Assembly: GCF_041146345.1 (NCBI RefSeq)
Contig: NW_027191407.1
Location: forward strand, 434,001-498,000
Source: Neodothiora populina
Taxonomy: Eukaryota
Length of the DNA: 64,000 nt
Direction: 5' to 3'
The notes below the pieces were generated by a model. That model was not told the DNA's origin, did no database searches, and saw only the letters and a program-made list of their open reading frames with translations. Positions 59,222-64,000 of this stretch are shown here, in pieces; position 1 is the first letter of the stretch, and every line of letters starts with the position of its first letter. Both the position numbers and the translations under genes were made by a program.

Positions 59222-60690
59222 GGTATAGTGGCGCCTACCCATACAATAATTTCCGGAGCATATGAGGATTACTTTTAGGCCAACCCGGATTCGGGAAGAA
59301 TGGTTTTCGCAGATGCTTTGATTCTCGTAAGATTCTCCACATCAACGAAATCGCCTTGAGATGGGTTGGGTCTTTCGAAGTCCAAAATGCCTTTCCTTGG
59401 CCGTGATGACGGAGGGGTATGCGACGGTGACGACGGGCTATGTCAGGGCTGAACTTGCATCCTGGGTTTCATCATCGAGCAATGGACCTGCGAAGCTGGA
59501 GAGGCAGTTCATCATGGTTTCTTCGTGTGCTCGTCATGAGGATGCAATCTTGTCAATTTGATCGGTCATCCAATTCCAGCTGCATCGAGTCGCCAAAAGT
59601 ATGCTGAATAGCAGCTGTGATGGTCCCTAGCATATTTGAAGGCTCTACATCGTACTAGAGATTCACTGAGTGTTGTCGAGGTGTGGCAGGACCAGACTCG
59701 ACAGTATTGGGCAGAAATCGAAGGACCGAGTGAGGCATAGAGAAGACGAAACAGAGACTGAGGTCGGACTCGGCAGACAATTCCTTCTGAAGCCAGCCAA
59801 GGCAGGTGCAGTAGTCCATTCCTGGCAGCACATAATTATGGCGTTCAGCTGCCGTCTCGTTCATCTTTCACTTTAATCAAACTGGCTTCATTGGCACGTG
59901 ATGCTAAGAGGCATAAAATGAACATTACCATCAAAAAGGTAACACAGCAAAAATAGCAAGGGAATTTACAGCAGGGCAGAAAGACGGCGGTGCAGACTGA
60001 GTTGGCGGGCCGACACCGCTCGACCCGTAGTGATCAAATGGCTACCTGATTAACCTCCGTTGCGAACCTCGAATTGACGGATCGAGATATTGTCAAGGCA
60101 GAGGGACGCACAGGGCAAGGCACGGATAACCGTCGAAGCAATGTATGACGGAGGACGGGTACGAGTACAACAGCAGGGCAATTTAGTGGCAGTAGACTGT
60201 GGCAGAGTAGAGCGTACCTAGTTAGTGGTGTAGCCAATCTGTAGAAGCAGTCGAGCGTGTGTCTCAGTCTCAGTCTCAGTCTCAGGGCGATTCTCCAAAC
60301 CCCAGCCAAGTCTGTTGTACAGTCTGTATACTGAATCAGATACGCTCCTCTGTGCCCAATTCAAAGGCAATAATCTCATGATAACCAGGCGTATCCACCG
60401 TCGCCCAACATATTTCTCATCTGTCCTGCTTGAATTCAAGACTGCTCTCGGTCAGATCAAGCTCTCCACGATTGTCAACCACGCGTCTCTCTATTGATCA
60501 CCTAGCCTACGTCTTCTCTCTTTCTATTCCATCGGGCCCGCTTTGGCATTCAGCGCGCGGCGTGGGCGACTTCGTGGCTTATCGTCTACAACCACCCAAG
60601 CGGCCTCCTAAATACCCAACCGTCTGAGCAGTCTCTCGAGGACAATCATTCAGTCCTGACTCCGGCAGTGCTCGGGTTGCAATCGCTGCC

Positions 60691-61014
60691 ATGGCCTTCC
60701 TCGGCATCTACAAGGCCGTCTACGACTACACGCCGCAGGGCGATGGAGAACTCGACATCAAGGAGGGAGATGTGCTCTTCGTGCTCGAGAAGAGCACCGA
60801 GGACGACTGGTGGAAGGCAAAGAAGAAGGCCGCCAGCGACGAGGAGGACGAGCCCGAGGGGTTGATACCGTCTAATTACATTGAGGAGGTAGGTCTGCAT
60901 GTGTACAGCTATAGCTGCTGCTTCCATCATCTCTGTTGTTTCTCATCATTATCATCGTCATTTCCATCGTGGTCATCCTCATTACCATCGCCATCATTGT
61001 CGTCAACATCATCC

Positions 61015-61053
<39 letters not shown>

Positions 61054-64000
61054 TCATCTTCTTCAACAAATGACATATCCCGATCATCATAATGCACCGA
61101 CAGTACTGACACAGCAACACAGGCCCATCCGCTCTATCGCGCCAAGGCATTATACGACTACACGAAGCAAACGGACGAGGAGCTGTCGTTCCCCGAAGAG
61201 GCTCAGATCGATGTATACGACATTTCCGACCCGGACTGGACGTTGGTCGGACTGAATGGCGAGTATGGCTTTGCGCCTGCCATCTACATCGAGCAGCAGT
61301 CAGCCGCCGCCCACAGCCAACATGCTCATGCTGCTGCACCGGAGATGCCCACTCGGCCACAGACAACAGCAGCCTCGCCAGAGCCAGACGAGGAATGGGC
61401 CAACGACACTCCCCCCGAGAGCCCCAGAGCCAACCCTGCCGCCGCCCTCGCTGGCATCATCGCACAACGGACGGGTCAGTCTTCGGCCACAGCGAACCCG
61501 TCGGCAATCGAGCGCAGTCTGCCCTCTCCGCCGCTACCGACCAGGCCACAATACACTCCAGAAGAAGAAGACGAGCCGCCAACCCCCAGCCTACCTCAGC
61601 GTCCCCAGTCGCAACAGTTCGCTCCTCCTCCGGCTCGATCAAGCTCCTACGCTCCTGCTCCTGCTCCTGCTCCTGCTCCTTCTCGCGTATCTGAGCCAGC
61701 CGGCGTGGTCGCCTCGCCGCCATACAATCGTGCCGTGGCCTTCGAAGACGACGACCAGGCATTACGGAACCCCGGCGGCTTCCACATGTACAACATCTCC
61801 GAGATGGTTTCTCACATGGGCAAGAACAAGAAGATGCCCACCACGCTCGGCATCAACATCGCGAGAGGCATCATCATGATCGCCCCCGCCAAGGCCAGAG
61901 ACGGACCCTCGCAGGAATGGACTGCGGAGAAGCTCACCCACTACTCGATCGAGGGCAAGCACGTCTTTGTCGAGCTGGTGAGACCGAGCAAGAGCGTTGA
62001 TTTACATGCTGGAGCAAAGGACACGGCGCACGAGATTGTCGCTGCCCTGGGCGAGATCGCCGGGTCGTATCGCGCCGAAGGTCTGCGTGAGGTCCTCGCT
62101 GCTGGCGCCAACGGCACCGGGTCGAGCGGCCAGAAGACGGGCAAGATGCTGTACGAGTTCATGGCACAGGGCGACGACGAGGTCACCGTCGCCGTCGACG
62201 ACGAAGTCTTTATTCTCGACGACACCAAGAGCGACGAGTGGTGGATGGTGCGCCGCCTCAAGAACGGCAAGGAGGGCGTCGTGCCCAGCAGTTATGTCGA
62301 AGTCACGGGAAGCGTGCCTCTGCCCGCCAGCAGTGCCGGCCTGAACAGTGCCAGATCGACCGTGGAACAGAACCGGCTGGAGGAGCAGAGACTTGCCAAG
62401 GAGGCTGTGAGATCCAGCAAGACCGACTCCAAAGCATCAGAGGTAGGCCCAGGGATTCCTTTGCCAGAGAGGCGCAGTAGTTTGGCAAGAGATAATAACA
62501 GTCGCTCTGAGCAGAGAGGCAAACGTGATTCCAAGGACAAGAGTGACAAGCCGAGTGGGTTTTTTTATCTTTATTTTCTGATTCGTGTCACACGCTTACT
62601 TACACCTCTTTTCTTTAGAACCCAATGCGGCAAGAGTCCGCACGTGGACCGACCGATCGGGCTCATTCAAGGTCGAAGCAGAGTTCATCGGCCTCAAGGA
62701 CGGCAAGATTCATCTGCACAAGCAGAATGGAGTCAAGATCGCCGTTCCTGTGCAGAAGATGGCAATCGAAGATCTCGAGTATGTCGAGAGGGCGACCGGA
62801 GTCTCACTCGACGACGACAAGCCTCTGTCCGACATCAAGCGAAGAAGCACGACCAGCAAGAAGGAAAAGTCCCAGCGCTCCGACGCTCAGGCTGGTGCTA
62901 AGATTGAGCAGCCTCCTGGATATGACTGGTTCGACTTTTTCCTGGCAGCAGGCTGTAACCCGCAGATTTGTGAACGATACGCCCATGCCTTTTCTCGCGA
63001 CCAGATGGGCGAGGAGGTGCTCCCCGACGTGGATGCTCAGTTGCTGCGCACGCTTGGCTTAAAGGAAGGTGATATTCTGCGTGTCATGAAGTACCTCGAC
63101 AACAAATTCCAGAGGAACAAGACTGTCGAGGCTAGCGGTGAGACAAACGGAGAGGGCGGTTTGTTCTCTGGTCCTGGTGGGGCTCTTCGCAACAACACAA
63201 GGAAAGGCAGACCCGCTCCTGCTGTGCAGACCAACGATGTGGTTGACCCTGATGCCTTCAAACAAGCGACCGAGGGATCGCCCTCGAAATCTGTTCCTGC
63301 AGATGCCACCGCCACTCCTTTGACCTCAGCACCTGCCAGAGAACCCACCGTGTCAGGCTTCGACGATGATGCTTGGAACGTGAAGCCATCGAAATCACCA
63401 GTCTCTGCAGCTCCACCAGCACCTCCGGCTCCAGCCGCCGCTCCTGCACCTACCCCTGAGCCGCCGAAGCCAGAGCCGCCTAAGCTCACTCCTGGCATGT
63501 CTGAGTTGTCTCTTCTCAGTCCTGCGCTCCAACCTGCGCCAGCGCCTCAGGCGGCTCCCCAGCCCGCAGCGCAAGCACCACAGCCGCCTCAAGCTCCTCC
63601 TGGAGCCGATCCCGCTTTCTTCGATAAGCTCGCGCAAGCCACTCCCCTCCAGCAACAACTGACCGGAGCATCGCGTCAACGACCAATGCCTCCCATGCAG
63701 ACGGGCAATTCGTTGATCGCTCCACCGCCCGCTCGTGCAGCGTCTGCGCCTGGATTCCAGCAGCAGCAAGCGTCCGGTTTCGCCCCTCCACCATTGCAGC
63801 CACAAATGACAGGCTATCAAGCACCATCCGGACAGAGCCTGAATGACATCCGTCTGCAGCAGCAGTTCAACCAGCAACAGCAACAGCAGCAAGCAATGAT
63901 GCCGCAAATGACCGGTTACTCTCAACAACAGAACGGCATGATGCCACAGCAGACTGGCTTCCAGCCGCAACAGCAACAGCAACAGCCTGGCTTCATGATG
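60691..64000 (+). CDS. sla1: Endocytic adaptor Sla1, 3'-truncated by the window; introns 60889-61122 and 62555-62618
   Basis: Three SH3 domains (AVYDY..DDWW..PSNY; ALYDY..PDW..APAIY; MLYEF..DEWW..VPSSY), SHD1 RTWTDRSGSFKVEA, SHD2/SAM YDWFDFFL..LGLKEGDILR, C-terminal QMTG/QQTG repeats. Confidence 0.96.
61018..61050 (+). repeat. (TCG)11 microsatellite within a TCA/TCG-rich tract in sla1 intron 1
   Basis: Directly visible. Confidence 0.9.

Noticed and set aside
59280..59930. Possible decayed minus-strand coding sequence
   Set aside because: Interrupted by stops, with no recognisable homology or consistent splice model.
60872..61366. Poly-R/S/T/D ORFs in the track
   Set aside because: Artefacts of the TCG/TCA microsatellite in sla1 intron 1.

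Overview
A gene-dense 64 kb stretch of a filamentous ascomycete (Pezizomycotina) nuclear genome, with short GT-AG introns and CTRAY branch points. A Eurotiomycete, possibly a black yeast, is my guess only. About 22 protein-coding loci are present, in order: sltA/ace1 C2H2 transcription factor, an interrupted low-complexity orphan locus, a divergent FAD-monooxygenase / P450 pair, an S53 tripeptidyl-peptidase, palC, erg26, an IPA1/UBE3D-like gene, a two-RRM protein, pex5, a cyclophilin, pso2, lsm2, an SDR, two large hypothetical proteins, CYP53 (bphA), a GH51 arabinofuranosidase, a membrane hypothetical, a methyltransferase-domain protein, rpe1, an F-box-like protein and sla1 (truncated at the window end). 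I assembled the exon structures by hand. The most interesting item is a ~310 nt, three-hairpin H/ACA-like RNA inside the 545 nt intron of the IPA1-like gene. Its first pocket is complementary to U2 snRNA around yeast Psi42, and it also has arms matching 25S Psi1052; these are the two known snR81 targets. Other notable signals are a palindrome AAGGTACCTT 130-150 nt upstream of three start codons, AAG acceptors in 6 of 35 modelled introns, a GC-AG intron, an intron-split start codon and a tRNA-like relic. I saw no intact transposon, rRNA, intact tRNA or CRISPR array.
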